From the NCBI GenBank assembly GCA_040776945.1, contig JAXGZN010000001.1:320001-384000 (forward strand): a stretch of DNA of 64,000 bases, read 5' to 3'. The notes beneath the pieces are model-generated. The model was given only the letters and a program-made list of their open reading frames with translations, did no database searches and had not been told where the DNA came from. This document shows, one piece after another, positions 1 to 10,375 of this stretch (positions are counted from its first letter, which is position 1; the number at the start of each line of letters is the position of its first letter). The stretch is from Methanomassiliicoccaceae archaeon. GTDB lineage: Archaea > Thermoplasmatota > Thermoplasmata > Methanomassiliicoccales > Methanomassiliicoccaceae. A program made the position numbers and the translations under genes.

Positions 1-1
1 C

Positions 2-520
2 GATCTTCAGTATGAGTTCCGGCGGGACCTCACAGCGGCGGAGGTGGTTCTGTCAGGGTTCTTCGGCTCCATTGGCACAAACCGTTCGCAGGACATAACG
101 GAGGATATGGGGCGCAGGGCGGCCAACGCATTATCGCTTGTGGGTTCCCTATACCTCGCGTCGAGGACCATGAGCACACTATCTGCTGGCGAAGCTCGAA
201 GGGTCCTCATTGCCCGCGCCTTGGTGAACGAACCTAAGGCCCTTGTTTTGGATGAGCCCATGACCTCGCTCGACCTTACTGGAAAGCATATCGTACGCGA
301 GACCCTGCGCTCCTTGGCCATGTCCGGAAGGACGCTGGTGATGGTCACGCATGATCCATCGGACATTATACCTGAGATCGAGAGAGTGGTCCTTATGAAA
401 AAAGGACGCATCTTTCAGGACGGCGGCATCGATGAGCTTAATGAGCGGACACTTTCAGACCTCTACGGAGTCCCTGTCCACCTTGCAAGGATGGATGGCA
501 GGTTCTTTGCATGGTCCTAA
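2..520 (+). CDS. ABC transporter ATP-binding protein (ModF-like), 5'-truncated by window edge
   Basis: LSAGEARR signature, Walker B LVLDEP and H-loop VTHD; frame is open from base 2. Confidence 0.85.
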   Translation, partial: DLQYEFRRDLTAAEVVLSGFFGSIGTNRSQDITEDMGRRAANALSLVGSLYLASRTMSTLSAGEARRVLIARALVNEPKALVLDEPMTSLDLTGKHIVRETLRSLAMSGRTLVMVTHDPSDIIPEIERVVLMKKGRIFQDGGIDELNERTLSDLYGVPVHLARMDGRFFAWS

Positions 521-1187
521 TGGCAAGGACGGCGTGAGCAAGAGCGATCTGCTCCCATGGCAGATCGGCCCCATCAGGCCTGAATGTCATGGCATCTTGT
601 AAGATTGAACGGCCTGCCGACATCGATCAGCGGCATGTTGTACGACGACCATAAGAATTGGTCGATCAGGAAGGCGTGAAGACCGATTCTAAACCATGGA
701 ACATGAAATGAGGCTAGGGAACCTGGTTCACGGGCATCTGAAGTTCACGTTCTTGCATTATCTCAACATCGGTCCGCGATATCGCCTTACTTGTAAGCAG
801 GGTCACGAGAACGGTCGACATCTTCTGTCGAGCAACGTGGTGCCTCATCTAATGGACCCATTTGATATGATGAACGTTATTAATACAGTACAATAATGGA
901 CATTTTTGGACCGAACTTAATGATCTTGATGCTCGCAGGCATATCCTCAAGAGGCGCGTCCGCAGGGTCTGAACGCATCATGCTCGCATCAACGAACCGA
1001 ACGGGCCCGGATATTGTTGATCTGACGTTCGATGATGTTTCGTTCCATGATCTCAAAGTACGATTCCAAACTCTAGTGATGGAAATGGCTCAAGATGGGT
1101 GTTGCTTACTTCCTAGGAACGACCTTCGCAAGTGGTCCGCGTTCTAACGTGAAATCATTTATTATCATAAGATATTGGTGGATATAC

Positions 1188-1517
1188 ATGACATCCAAGG
1201 TCCGGGTCGACATGTCGATATGTGCCCATAAGACGCTGATCGACGCCGACCTGCAGGAGGACGGGACGGTCAAGGTCAAGATCCGTTCCACCTGCAGGGA
1301 CGTTCGGGACTATGGGAAACGCCTGGGGGTCCTGACCCCTGATGAATATATCCAAGCCGAGGATTCGAAGATCATGAAGCTCGCCTGCCAATGCCATCTT
1401 ACTCCCACTTGCCTTGTTCCCGCAGCGGTATATAATGTGGTATGGATAGAGGTAGGGCACATCTCGAAGCGGCACGCCCTTGCGAACAAGTGCATTGGCA
1501 TCCATTTCGAAGGTTGA
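1188..1517 (+). CDS. Small Cys-containing conserved protein (DUF6951-like)
   Basis: ATG at 1188 (MTSKVRVDMSICAH...IRSTC...TCLVPAAV); resembles a family common in anaerobes; assignment from memory. Confidence 0.55.
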   Translation: MTSKVRVDMSICAHKTLIDADLQEDGTVKVKIRSTCRDVRDYGKRLGVLTPDEYIQAEDSKIMKLACQCHLTPTCLVPAAVYNVVWIEVGHISKRHALANKCIGIHFEG

Positions 1518-1790
1518 CTTGGATATCGGCCCTCGAGATAGGGCGATATCGTCGTTCTCGCGTGTGCTCCCGTGATCGATCGTCTACCGGACCATGCCTG
1601 GACCATCAGCAGAGAGGACCACTTCCTGGATCTTGGCTTATGGGCCGTTGGCTCACGGCGGCCTGTGAGCGTGCCGACCTTTATTGAGGCGATACCGGAG
1701 GAGGTGACCGATGATCGTTGCAGGCCTTCTCCCCAAGTTGGTCCATGGCCCCCCTGATCGGAGAGGTATAAGGGCGCCTTCTTGTCCATC

Positions 1791-2342
1791 TTATCCTTTT
1801 TCTACTATCTTGGCCGATCTCCCGCGAACGGCCTTTAGGTCTCCAAGGGCCTTCTCGCGATCGAGCAGCTTTGCCTTAGTATCTGGACCTTTGCCGCCAG
1901 AGTAGTTCCCCAGACCCCCTGATGCGGGCACGACCCTGTGACAGGGTATGATTATGGGGGCCGGATTTCGCGCGCACGCGCTCCCCACCGCCCTTGCTGC
2001 ATTAGGGCGGCCGATCTTGTGGGCCACCTCCCCATAGGTCATGACCCTTCCCGGGGGTATTTCACGCAGCGCTTCCAGTACCTCCCGGTCGAAAATGGAC
2101 ATGTCAAGATGAACAGGGATGTCCCTTAGATCGTCCCTCCCGGTGGACAGGTGCGCGATCAACCTGTCGATGTAGGGATGATTGGTCCCATAAGGTCTCG
2201 TAGGCTCATCGGTCGACAGGGCGACCGATATCACCTCATCCCTCTTGATGATCAGCGTCACGAACAGGTCCAGATCGGGGCTGTACCTAGCAAATCGGCG
2301 TATGTTCCCTGCTCCTTCCTCATTGTTCACTTTTTCGATCAT
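1791..2342 (-). CDS. ogt: Methylated-DNA--protein-cysteine methyltransferase
   Basis: TYGEVA, ARAVG and active-site PCHRVV motifs; start uncertain (2342 or upstream). Confidence 0.9.
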   Translation of the reverse strand: MIEKVNNEEGAGNIRRFARYSPDLDLFVTLIIKRDEVISVALSTDEPTRPYGTNHPYIDRLIAHLSTGRDDLRDIPVHLDMSIFDREVLEALREIPPGRVMTYGEVAHKIGRPNAARAVGSACARNPAPIIIPCHRVVPASGGLGNYSGGKGPDTKAKLLDREKALGDLKAVRGRSAKIVEKG

Positions 2343-2429
2343 CGGAACGCTCCATATGATAATGACCCAGGGGCCTGCTTGTGTTGCCGCCATCCTCGCT
2401 TCAAGCAGAGGCCGTTGGAATAGTATGCT

Positions 2430-2840
2430 TCATTCGGTCGTCTTGCCGTCGAAGTGCTCCTCCTCGACGTCCGCCTTTGTCCTGTGCACAGTCTTGTCCT
2501 TATGTTCTGGAGGCGAGTATATCGTGTACATCTTTAGATCGGTCTTACCTGTGTTTACGACGTTATGCATAGCGCCTGAAGGCACAACTACCGCGCTCCC
2601 GTCCTTTACATTATGCTTGTGGCCGTCGATCGACACGAACCCTTCGCCTTCTTCAAAACGGAAGAACTGGTCGCCGTCGTCATGAGCCTCCATTCCGATC
2701 TCCTCTCCCGGCCTGAGGCACATAAGTACGAGCTGACTGTATTTCGCCGTGTAGAGAACCTTGCGAAAATTGGTGTTGTCCACTGTGTCCTTCTCAATGT
2801 CGGTAGAGAAACCTCTCTTCTTCACCTTGCCGTTGGTCAT
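2430..2840 (-). CDS. Cupin domain protein
   Basis: GEEIGMEAH...DQFF and VPSGAMHNV cupin motifs, IYSPPEH. Confidence 0.88.
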   Translation of the reverse strand: MTNGKVKKRGFSTDIEKDTVDNTNFRKVLYTAKYSQLVLMCLRPGEEIGMEAHDDGDQFFRFEEGEGFVSIDGHKHNVKDGSAVVVPSGAMHNVVNTGKTDLKMYTIYSPPEHKDKTVHRTKADVEEEHFDGKTTE

Positions 2841-2952
2841 GCTTGTATCGATGGGGGCCTCGCATACGTCAAACTTGCGCCTGCCAACGAAGCCGGACGG
2901 CGTGGGGGGCGCACAAGATACAATATTAATTATTTAACGAGCATGCAGGTCC

Positions 2953-3987
2953 ATGAACTCACGCCAACGTTTTGAGACCACACTGGAGAAAGGAACAACG
3001 GACCGCATACCGCTCTTCTATCAGCATCTTGGGGCGGCCAAATGGCTTCTGGCCTCGACTGGGCTCAAGTGGTACGACGGATTTCATGACCCTGATGTCT
3101 TCGCCACACTGTCATTGGCCGCTCACGAGGCATATGGGTTCGATAACGTGATGGCAGGATGGGGCGACATGCTTACGGAGGCCCAGGCACACGGCATGAT
3201 ATGGAAATGGCCGGAGCGGGACTTCTACCCGCGCGTTGACCGCTATGTGGACATGAGCGCGGTGGACGAACTGGTTCCCGTGGACCCCTGCCAGGATAAG
3301 TTCTGGTCCGTTCCCCTGAAGGCAGCATCGATAATGCTGGACAAGATCGGGAAGGATGTGGCAGTAGTCGGTTGCATCAACTCGCCGGCAGTGATCGCCT
3401 CCGGTCTCCTGGGCATGGAGAACGTGTTGATGGGGTATTTCACAGACCCGGACACCGTGGACCGTGCTCTGGGAGTCCTGACCGATTCCTGCCGCGCCTA
3501 TGGAGAAGCGCTTGTGGAGATGGGCATAGAGAACGTGTTCGTGGTGAACGATAGCGCCGGTGCCGAGATGGTGGGCCCGGAGCAATACGACCAGTTCGAC
3601 GGAAAGTACATGGGCCAGGCCCTTAGATCGTACCGCGATAAGGGTCTGAGGACGATATGCCACAACTGTTCTGCCAAACCGTTCTGGAGAGCGCAGTTGG
3701 ACCTCGAACCTACTGCGCTCCATCTGCATATGAAATATGTCAGCCCGGGTGAGGTTTTCGATGCGGTCAGGCAGAGATCCTGTATGATAGCAGGGATCGA
3801 TCACGCCGAGCTTCTTCTCAATGGAACTCCTGAACAGGTCGAGGCAGCGGTCAAGGACGTGATCGATGGGTGGGGGCATGACCTAGGCCTGATCATCGGG
3901 CTGGGCTGCGAGATGGGATACAAGACCCCGATAGAGAACATAAAAAGGTTAAGGGAGAGCGTCGAACGACATGGTTCGAGGACCTGA
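2953..3987 (+). CDS. MtaA/CmuA-family methylcobamide:CoM methyltransferase-like protein (uroporphyrinogen decarboxylase family)
   Basis: UroD-fold pattern DRIP..., Zn-ligand HNC, LLLNGTPEQV, GLGCEM..TPIENI. Confidence 0.8.
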   Translation: MNSRQRFETTLEKGTTDRIPLFYQHLGAAKWLLASTGLKWYDGFHDPDVFATLSLAAHEAYGFDNVMAGWGDMLTEAQAHGMIWKWPERDFYPRVDRYVDMSAVDELVPVDPCQDKFWSVPLKAASIMLDKIGKDVAVVGCINSPAVIASGLLGMENVLMGYFTDPDTVDRALGVLTDSCRAYGEALVEMGIENVFVVNDSAGAEMVGPEQYDQFDGKYMGQALRSYRDKGLRTICHNCSAKPFWRAQLDLEPTALHLHMKYVSPGEVFDAVRQRSCMIAGIDHAELLLNGTPEQVEAAVKDVIDGWGHDLGLIIGLGCEMGYKTPIENIKRLRESVERHGSRT

Positions 3988-4061
3988 TAGAGGGTTTTCA
4001 GAACTGGAGTCGATAAACATTTAGTGCCTTGACCCATTCCCGTGCCAACGGCCAGGGATAG

Positions 4062-5411
4062 ATGATGGAGGTCTTGATAATCGGAGCGGGAAGCGTGGGG
4101 TATACCCTCGCCCGCACACTGTCCAAACATCACTCGGTCATGATGGTGGAGCAGGACGAGAAACGGTACGAGAGGATCGTAGAGAACTTGGACATCGCGG
4201 CGGTGAACGCCAATGGCGGGAATCCCAGAGTGTTGCGGGACCTTATAGATGAAGAGACCAGCCTGTTCCTCGCGGTCACTGAGAGCGATGAGTTCAACAT
4301 GTTCGCCTGCCTGGTAGCGAAGCAGGTCAAGCCAGAGATCATTACCGTCGCCAGGGTCCGTAACCCTGACTACTTGGGCGGCGTCCTTCGTTCCAGCGCC
4401 ATGGGTGTGGACAAGACCTTCTCCCCGGAGCGTCTCACCGCGGCCAAGATCGCCCGAATAGCCAGGGTCGAGAACCTAATAGATTATGAGAGCATACCGG
4501 TCCTCGGCCTAGAGCTGGGCGTGTTTAGGATCTCGGCCCAGCAGGACGCGTCCCGCTTTCGCCCCCTGAGATACTTGGAAATGCCTCCCGGCAGCGCCAT
4601 GGCGGTAGTTCATAGGAACGGGCAGGTGTTGATGCCTGGAGACACCGAGCACCTGTTGGTCGGCGATACCGTAACCATAATCGGCCGGCCAGGCGCACTG
4701 GAGGCGTTCAATGCGATGCTTGGCAAGGTCAGGGAGTGCAAGGACTTCGTTATCGTTGGAGGCGGCATTCTGGCCGAACATCTGATAGGGGAGCTGGTTG
4801 ACAGGAAATGTGTAGTGAAACTTATCGATCGCGATGAGAAGGACTGCTTGCGTCTCTCCAGAAGGCTCCCTGGGACGGTGATAATCAATGATAGCGGGAC
4901 CGACCCCTCGGTCCTCAGGAACGAGAACGTGAACATGGCCGATGCGTTGATCAGCACCGCTGATAGCGAGGAGGAGAACCTTCTCTCCTGCCTCATAGGC
5001 AAGCATCTGGGCGTCCCTAAGACCATCACGAAGTACTCTCGTCGAGAGTATGAAAGGGTGTTCAACATGAGCGGGGTGGATGCCGCTATAGGCTACTATC
5101 ACGTCGTGGCCAATGAGATCGTGAAGCAGACCGCCAAGGGGCTGGAGGTCATGCTCCTGATGGAAGGGTTCCAGGAGTTCCTTTTAGGTGTCACCGTGAC
5201 CGATCGCTGCCGGCTAAAAGGGACCTTGGTGTGCGACATAGATCTTCCAGGCCGCTCCGGACTTGTTATGGTGGTGAAGGACGGAGGGCCGGTGGTGCCG
5301 ACCCCCGAGATGAGCTTGGAAGAGGGGGACGTGGTCCTTATCTATGCAGTACGTCAGGACATTCCCCGCCTGGAACGGATGTTCAACACGAACATACCTC
5401 AGGGGCCGTGA
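4062..5411 (+). CDS. trkA: Trk potassium uptake system NAD-binding subunit
   Basis: Two RCK units with GAGSVG and GGGILA Rossmann motifs; adjacent to trkH. Confidence 0.93.
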   Translation: MMEVLIIGAGSVGYTLARTLSKHHSVMMVEQDEKRYERIVENLDIAAVNANGGNPRVLRDLIDEETSLFLAVTESDEFNMFACLVAKQVKPEIITVARVRNPDYLGGVLRSSAMGVDKTFSPERLTAAKIARIARVENLIDYESIPVLGLELGVFRISAQQDASRFRPLRYLEMPPGSAMAVVHRNGQVLMPGDTEHLLVGDTVTIIGRPGALEAFNAMLGKVRECKDFVIVGGGILAEHLIGELVDRKCVVKLIDRDEKDCLRLSRRLPGTVIINDSGTDPSVLRNENVNMADALISTADSEEENLLSCLIGKHLGVPKTITKYSRREYERVFNMSGVDAAIGYYHVVANEIVKQTAKGLEVMLLMEGFQEFLLGVTVTDRCRLKGTLVCDIDLPGRSGLVMVVKDGGPVVPTPEMSLEEGDVVLIYAVRQDIPRLERMFNTNIPQGP

Positions 5412-5417
5412 GCGCAC

Positions 5418-6971
5418 TTGCCTCTGACATCATGGCGGGCCCGCGGGAGACGGGCGTACCGGACCATGATGAAACACCTTGGTGTCGATCGCTACTGGTT
5501 GCTCAGCAAGGTGGCCAGAAAGGAAAGGGCCATCCCTCATCTCATGGGCACGCTCATGGCCTATATGGCCATAGCCCTGCTCTTCCCTATGGCCGTGGCC
5601 TTGTTCTATGGAGAGGACGAAAGGATATGGCTGTTCCCGTTCATGCTTGTCCTTATCGTCGGGGGAGCGCTGCTGGTTCGCTATCGCCCCCCTGAGGTCA
5701 CCCGGCCCAGCGAGGCGCTGTTCGTGGTGGCGACAAGCTACCTGGTGGCCGTCATGGTCGGCGCCATCCCGTTCATGATGAGCGGCATGCCTCCGGTGGA
5801 CGCCATCTTTGAGATGATGAGCGGGTTCACCACCACCGGGTCGACCATAATGACCGACATCGAGTCCTGGTCCAGGAGCCTGTTGTTCTGGAGGAGCTTC
5901 AGCCAGTGGCTCGGGGGAGCGGGCATCATCATGATCTTTGTATCCATGCTGCCCATGCTGGGCGTCGGGGGCAGGGCGCTCATCAAGAACGAGTTCCCGG
6001 GACTGAACATACAGAACTTTTCCCTCCGCATTCAGGAGGAATCGAAGAAGTTCCATTACATATACATCGCCCTTTCTGCCGTTCAACTTGGGTTACTTCT
6101 CCTAACTGGCATTGGCATATATGACTCGCTACTGGTCATGTTCTCTACCGCCTCTAGCGGAGGGTTGTCCCCCCATTCTGGAAGCATCGCCTACTATGAC
6201 AATGTCCTGGTGGAATGGATCGTCATGATATTCATGTTCCTGGCAGGCACGAATTTCTATCTTCATTACCATGTGTTCGCAACCCGCAGGATCAGGAACT
6301 ACTGGAAGAACACCGAGTTCAGAGCATATGTGGCCCTTATCTGTCTGGCCTCAGCGGCGGTCTTCTACGCGATCTGGAACGGAGATATCAGAGACATCGA
6401 GCCCATGGCGCGCACGGCCCTGTTCCAGGTGGTGTCGGTTATTACCTCCACCGGATTCGCCACCGCCGACTTTGCCACCTGGAGCGGCAGCGCGGTCCTC
6501 GTTCTTATGCTAATGACAGCAATAGGCGGAAGCACTGGTTCGACCGCCGGCGGCATCAAGGTCGTCCGCTTTGTCCTTTCTTGGGAGTTCGTGTATGCCA
6601 GCCTCTATAAGATGGTCCATCCCCGCGCAGTGTTCTACGCGCGATTGGATGGCCGTCCCCTAGGCCAGGAGGCCTTGACCTCGCTGATGGCAGTGGTGGT
6701 GTGCTTCATCGGAACGGTAACTCTGACGACCGTTGCATTGACCTTCATGGGGGTTGAGCCCATAACTGCCCTGGGTGGCGCGGTCTCCACCATCTCCAAC
6801 TCGGGAGGAGGCATCGGGGCCCTAGGACCCATGGGCAGCTACGCCGGGATCCCCGCCGCGGGCAAGATCGTCCTTACCCTGGCAATGTGGGCCGGTCGTC
6901 TTGAGTTCCTGACGGTCTTCGTCATACTCACTCCAGTGTTCTGGCGTGAGCTGCTTCGATACCATGATTGA
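5418..6971 (+). CDS. trkH: Trk potassium uptake membrane protein
   Basis: SGFTTTG, QWLGGAG, ITSTGF, GSTAGGIK and GRLE motifs; multiple TM helices; start may be ATG 5466. Confidence 0.93.
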   Translation: MPLTSWRARGRRAYRTMMKHLGVDRYWLLSKVARKERAIPHLMGTLMAYMAIALLFPMAVALFYGEDERIWLFPFMLVLIVGGALLVRYRPPEVTRPSEALFVVATSYLVAVMVGAIPFMMSGMPPVDAIFEMMSGFTTTGSTIMTDIESWSRSLLFWRSFSQWLGGAGIIMIFVSMLPMLGVGGRALIKNEFPGLNIQNFSLRIQEESKKFHYIYIALSAVQLGLLLLTGIGIYDSLLVMFSTASSGGLSPHSGSIAYYDNVLVEWIVMIFMFLAGTNFYLHYHVFATRRIRNYWKNTEFRAYVALICLASAAVFYAIWNGDIRDIEPMARTALFQVVSVITSTGFATADFATWSGSAVLVLMLMTAIGGSTGSTAGGIKVVRFVLSWEFVYASLYKMVHPRAVFYARLDGRPLGQEALTSLMAVVVCFIGTVTLTTVALTFMGVEPITALGGAVSTISNSGGGIGALGPMGSYAGIPAAGKIVLTLAMWAGRLEFLTVFVILTPVFWRELLRYHD

Positions 6972-7102
6972 CCGGACCATGCTGCGCGGGCGAGTGGGGG
7001 GCGGCGGACATGGCACGATGAGGGCCAAGGCCTCAAGGCGGCCGAGGATCTGGGTCCACAAAGATCCTGCCGGAAGCGAAGCGGCGTCCCCGGTCTACGG
7101 CC

Positions 7103-8404
7103 TCAGAGCATGCCGAGGAGCATCATTGCCCCTATCAGCAGCATGACCAGGCCCAGTATCAACCGGAGACCTCTACGGTTCTCCAGCCGCCAGGAGTTGG
7201 CCCTCTCCGCGGAGACCCCTGCCAGGATCACCCCGAGTATGATGGCCAGCGGGAGCACGTAGATAAGATTATAAAGCGCCAGCCATGGGACGCCCTCCGA
7301 GAACGTCATGGAGTTGCTAAGCAGGTTCAATATGGCAAAGTATATGCCGCCGGTGCAGGGCAGCTCGAAGAGGCTGACCAGCACTCCCAAGACGACCGCC
7401 GCCGGGATGGTCGCCTTTTCTATGTATTTCTTGATTGTTGGCTTTTTCGACTCCGGTATGGCCATCGTGGACTTGTCCTTGAAGAAGATGAAGTCCTTGA
7501 TGTTGATGAGGCCTATGGCTATGGAGACTACCCCGGCCCCGTAGTAGATCATCCTGGTCATTGCTGTCGATTGCAAGAAGGTCAACAGCCCTAGCCCGGC
7601 TATGAAATAGACAAGGTAGACCGTGGCTATGTAGACCAGGCCCACCATGGTCACCTTCCTCTTGTCACCCAGGCTTGTGAGGAACAGCAATAAGAATATC
7701 ATGACGCTTATCGCACACGGGTTGATGCTGTCCGCGGCCGCGGCGACGATGACCATCGCGATCGTGAGGTCATTGGACCGGCCGATGCCTCCCGTGCCTG
7801 GACCATCGCTCGGTATCGTCCCTGCCGTATCGTTGCTGTCTGCACTACCGCCGGGGTCGTCCCCTCCGGCAGTGCTATTGTCCTGCCCATTGCCTGCATC
7901 GCCGGTGTTGTTCGTTGGGTCATCGCCCGGCTCATCGCCCGGCTCTTCATTGTTAATGGCCTCAAGGATCTCGATGATGGCCGGTTCAAGACCGGTCCGG
8001 ATGGCCTCTTCACCTATCAGTGCCCTTTCTCCGAGGAAGACGGACGGCACTACGCGGTTGGTGACGTTGAAGCGGTCGTTGAGCTCTTGATACAGAGCAT
8101 AATTGGTGCTATTGCGGCTAATTTCCAGCCGCAAGAACTCAACTTCAGGATATTTTCCTTCCAGACTGTCGATGTGCGGCTCTATGATCGCGCAATGGGG
8201 GCAGCCGATGGCATGGAAGAAGCGCACTACTATGCTTGCGTTATCACCGATGCCGGTGTTAGAGATATCAAGGGACGCTCCGCGCGCACCTGACAATAGG
8301 CCATCGATATAGCTGGAGCTGCCATCGGCATAGGCGGGATAGGACGCCAATACCAGCCACAGCGTCAATGCTAATGTTATGGTCATGCGGCCAACTGCTC
8401 TCAT
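7103..8404 (-). CDS. Thioredoxin-fold plus CcdA-like membrane protein
   Basis: Signal peptide, CPHC motif, acidic Gly/Asp/Asn linker, TM domain with DSINPCA and ELPCTGG. Confidence 0.8.
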   Translation of the reverse strand: MRAVGRMTITLALTLWLVLASYPAYADGSSSYIDGLLSGARGASLDISNTGIGDNASIVVRFFHAIGCPHCAIIEPHIDSLEGKYPEVEFLRLEISRNSTNYALYQELNDRFNVTNRVVPSVFLGERALIGEEAIRTGLEPAIIEILEAINNEEPGDEPGDDPTNNTGDAGNGQDNSTAGGDDPGGSADSNDTAGTIPSDGPGTGGIGRSNDLTIAMVIVAAAADSINPCAISVMIFLLLFLTSLGDKRKVTMVGLVYIATVYLVYFIAGLGLLTFLQSTAMTRMIYYGAGVVSIAIGLINIKDFIFFKDKSTMAIPESKKPTIKKYIEKATIPAAVVLGVLVSLFELPCTGGIYFAILNLLSNSMTFSEGVPWLALYNLIYVLPLAIILGVILAGVSAERANSWRLENRRGLRLILGLVMLLIGAMMLLGML

Positions 8405-8713
8405 GCCCCTGCCCCTTATGACAAATATATAGAGCTGTCCTCTAATAAAATAACGCCCGGATGGGAAGGTTACCGGCCGACATGACCTTCCGACCTTGCC
8501 TTGTCCGGTGTTTAGGGACCGGTAGAGATTCCATATGCATCACCATGTAGATGGAAGTCACGCCCGTCCGTTTTGACCCAAATGCTCTTTGGCCGATGTG
8601 CATGTTCCAATTGCATAGGGTGCCGGCCGAGGGCCACGGACAATCGGCCTCAGAGACAGATAGAATGAAGGTATCTGTTGTCCATCCTATGGTCAGATCC
8701 ATTGGGGCGATGA

Positions 8714-9484
8714 ATGAACGATGATATGGCATGGCCGATAGTTCCGGGCGATTATCAGATAGGCGATGTTAACAGTCCAGTAGCCGTTCTGATCATAGGC
8801 CGCGGAAAGGTGGTCCTTCCTGATGCCAGATATGCGATCATGGGGACGCTGAAGACTGAGAACATTGGTCTGGAAAAGGTGATCACCAACATAGTGAGCA
8901 ATCCGCGCATTAGATTCCTGGTCATCTGCGGCCGCGAGGAGTTCGGTCATTTTCCTGCCAGCGCCGTTACCTCTCTCTATAAGCGCGGTGCCGACGCACA
9001 GATGCGCATCGTTGGCTCGCGTTCAGCGATACCGTTCCTATGCAACATCCCTCGTGAAGCGGTGGACCGCTTCAGACGCCAGGTCGAGGTTATTGACCTG
9101 GTGCATTTGAAGGATGTCTCCGAGATCGTAGCCTATGATCCCCTGTACGAGCTGGATGAGAGCAGCGCAGAGGAACTGGCCCGCACCATAGACGATTGCT
9201 GGGCCAGGGATCCGGGGCCCTTCCCGGGAGAAGCGCTCACCTTTACCAGAGAGCCGCTGCTCGTCGACAGTGGCCATATCGCAGTAGAACTGAATAGGCT
9301 GGCGGACGACATCGTCGGTCAGATGCTGAGAATGCCGAGCGAACGGCTGAGCACTCGGACCGACCTCGTGATCGTCTCTTCCGAGTTCAGGATGATCATC
9401 GATCCGGTCGATGGGGTGGTGAGGACGGTGCCTTCAGTAGGGCTCGCTGGACAGATGCAGAGATATCTAAAAGGAGGGGAGTGA
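8714..9484 (+). CDS. MtrA-like corrinoid protein (MtxA-type, no C-terminal membrane anchor)
   Basis: WPIVPGDY, KTENIGLEKVITNIVSNPRIRFLVICGxE, GH cobamide-ligand His, AIPFL, RFRRQVE. Confidence 0.82.
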   Translation: MNDDMAWPIVPGDYQIGDVNSPVAVLIIGRGKVVLPDARYAIMGTLKTENIGLEKVITNIVSNPRIRFLVICGREEFGHFPASAVTSLYKRGADAQMRIVGSRSAIPFLCNIPREAVDRFRRQVEVIDLVHLKDVSEIVAYDPLYELDESSAEELARTIDDCWARDPGPFPGEALTFTREPLLVDSGHIAVELNRLADDIVGQMLRMPSERLSTRTDLVIVSSEFRMIIDPVDGVVRTVPSVGLAGQMQRYLKGGE

Positions 9485-10375
9485 TTGTTCAGGTTCAAAA
9501 ACCAGCAGTTCGAGTTCACGATATCTGGTGTTAGGTTCGGGGGTCAGCCTGGAAGGCGCAGGACAGTGATGGTGGGCTCAATGTGCTATCCGAGGCACAC
9601 CATCATCGAGGACCGCACCACCGGTCGTTGCCATGCCGGCTCCTTCGAACGCTTGCTGGCCCTTAAGTCAGCGGCCATGGAAGAGACCTCGACGCCCGGC
9701 GGCGTCATGCTGTTCGCCGAGACCGCTGAGGCCATGGAGATGCATCTCAGGAGAGCTGCTGACATTACCTCGATGCCGCTGTTCATCGATTCCCCCAGCG
9801 TCGACGTCAGGCTCGTGGGGGCGAGGATCGCGCACGAGATCGGCATCTCGGAGCGGGTCGTCTATAACTCCATCACCGCTGGCGTTTCCGAGAGGGAGCT
9901 TGAAGCCATCTGTGACTCTGGCATCACCGCCGCCGTCCTCCTGGCGTTCAACCCCGCCGATCTGGGGGTGAAGGGGAAGATATACCTTCTTGAAGATGGT
10001 GGGGGACTGCTTCCCTCTGGCCTTGTGGAACTCGCACGCAAGGCAGGGATTACCAGGCCCCTGATAGACACCGCGGTCATGGCCGCCGAGCAAGGGGCCG
10101 GAGCTGCTCTAAGAGCCATCATAGTTTCCAAGGCCAAATGGGGGCTGCCCTCAGGTTGCGCGCTCCATAATGCTGTGGAATCATATTCTCCACTGGCGGC
10201 CCTAAAGGATGAAGAGCGAAAGATATACCAATACGTGGACACGGCCTCGGCGATAATGCCTATAATGGCCGGCGGCGATTTTGTCATATACGGGCCGATC
10301 GAGCACGCTAGGCGGGCCTGCCATGCAGCATCCTTCGCCGACGAGATGATGGAACAGGCGGCCGCAGACCTCTAG
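9485..10375 (+). CDS. MtrH-like pterin-binding methyltransferase (MtxH-type)
   Basis: MFRF..Q..F.ISG..FGGQPG, FIDS, YNSI, PLIDTA, GxPSGCALHN, GDFVIYGPIE; TTG start after AGGAGG. Confidence 0.85.
   Translation: MFRFKNQQFEFTISGVRFGGQPGRRRTVMVGSMCYPRHTIIEDRTTGRCHAGSFERLLALKSAAMEETSTPGGVMLFAETAEAMEMHLRRAADITSMPLFIDSPSVDVRLVGARIAHEIGISERVVYNSITAGVSERELEAICDSGITAAVLLAFNPADLGVKGKIYLLEDGGGLLPSGLVELARKAGITRPLIDTAVMAAEQGAGAALRAIIVSKAKWGLPSGCALHNAVESYSPLAALKDEERKIYQYVDTASAIMPIMAGGDFVIYGPIEHARRACHAASFADEMMEQAAADL

Noticed and set aside
521-1187. Short ORFs 696..896 and 896..1147 in a lower-GC gap
   Set aside because: No motif and atypical codon usage; I cannot support them as genes.
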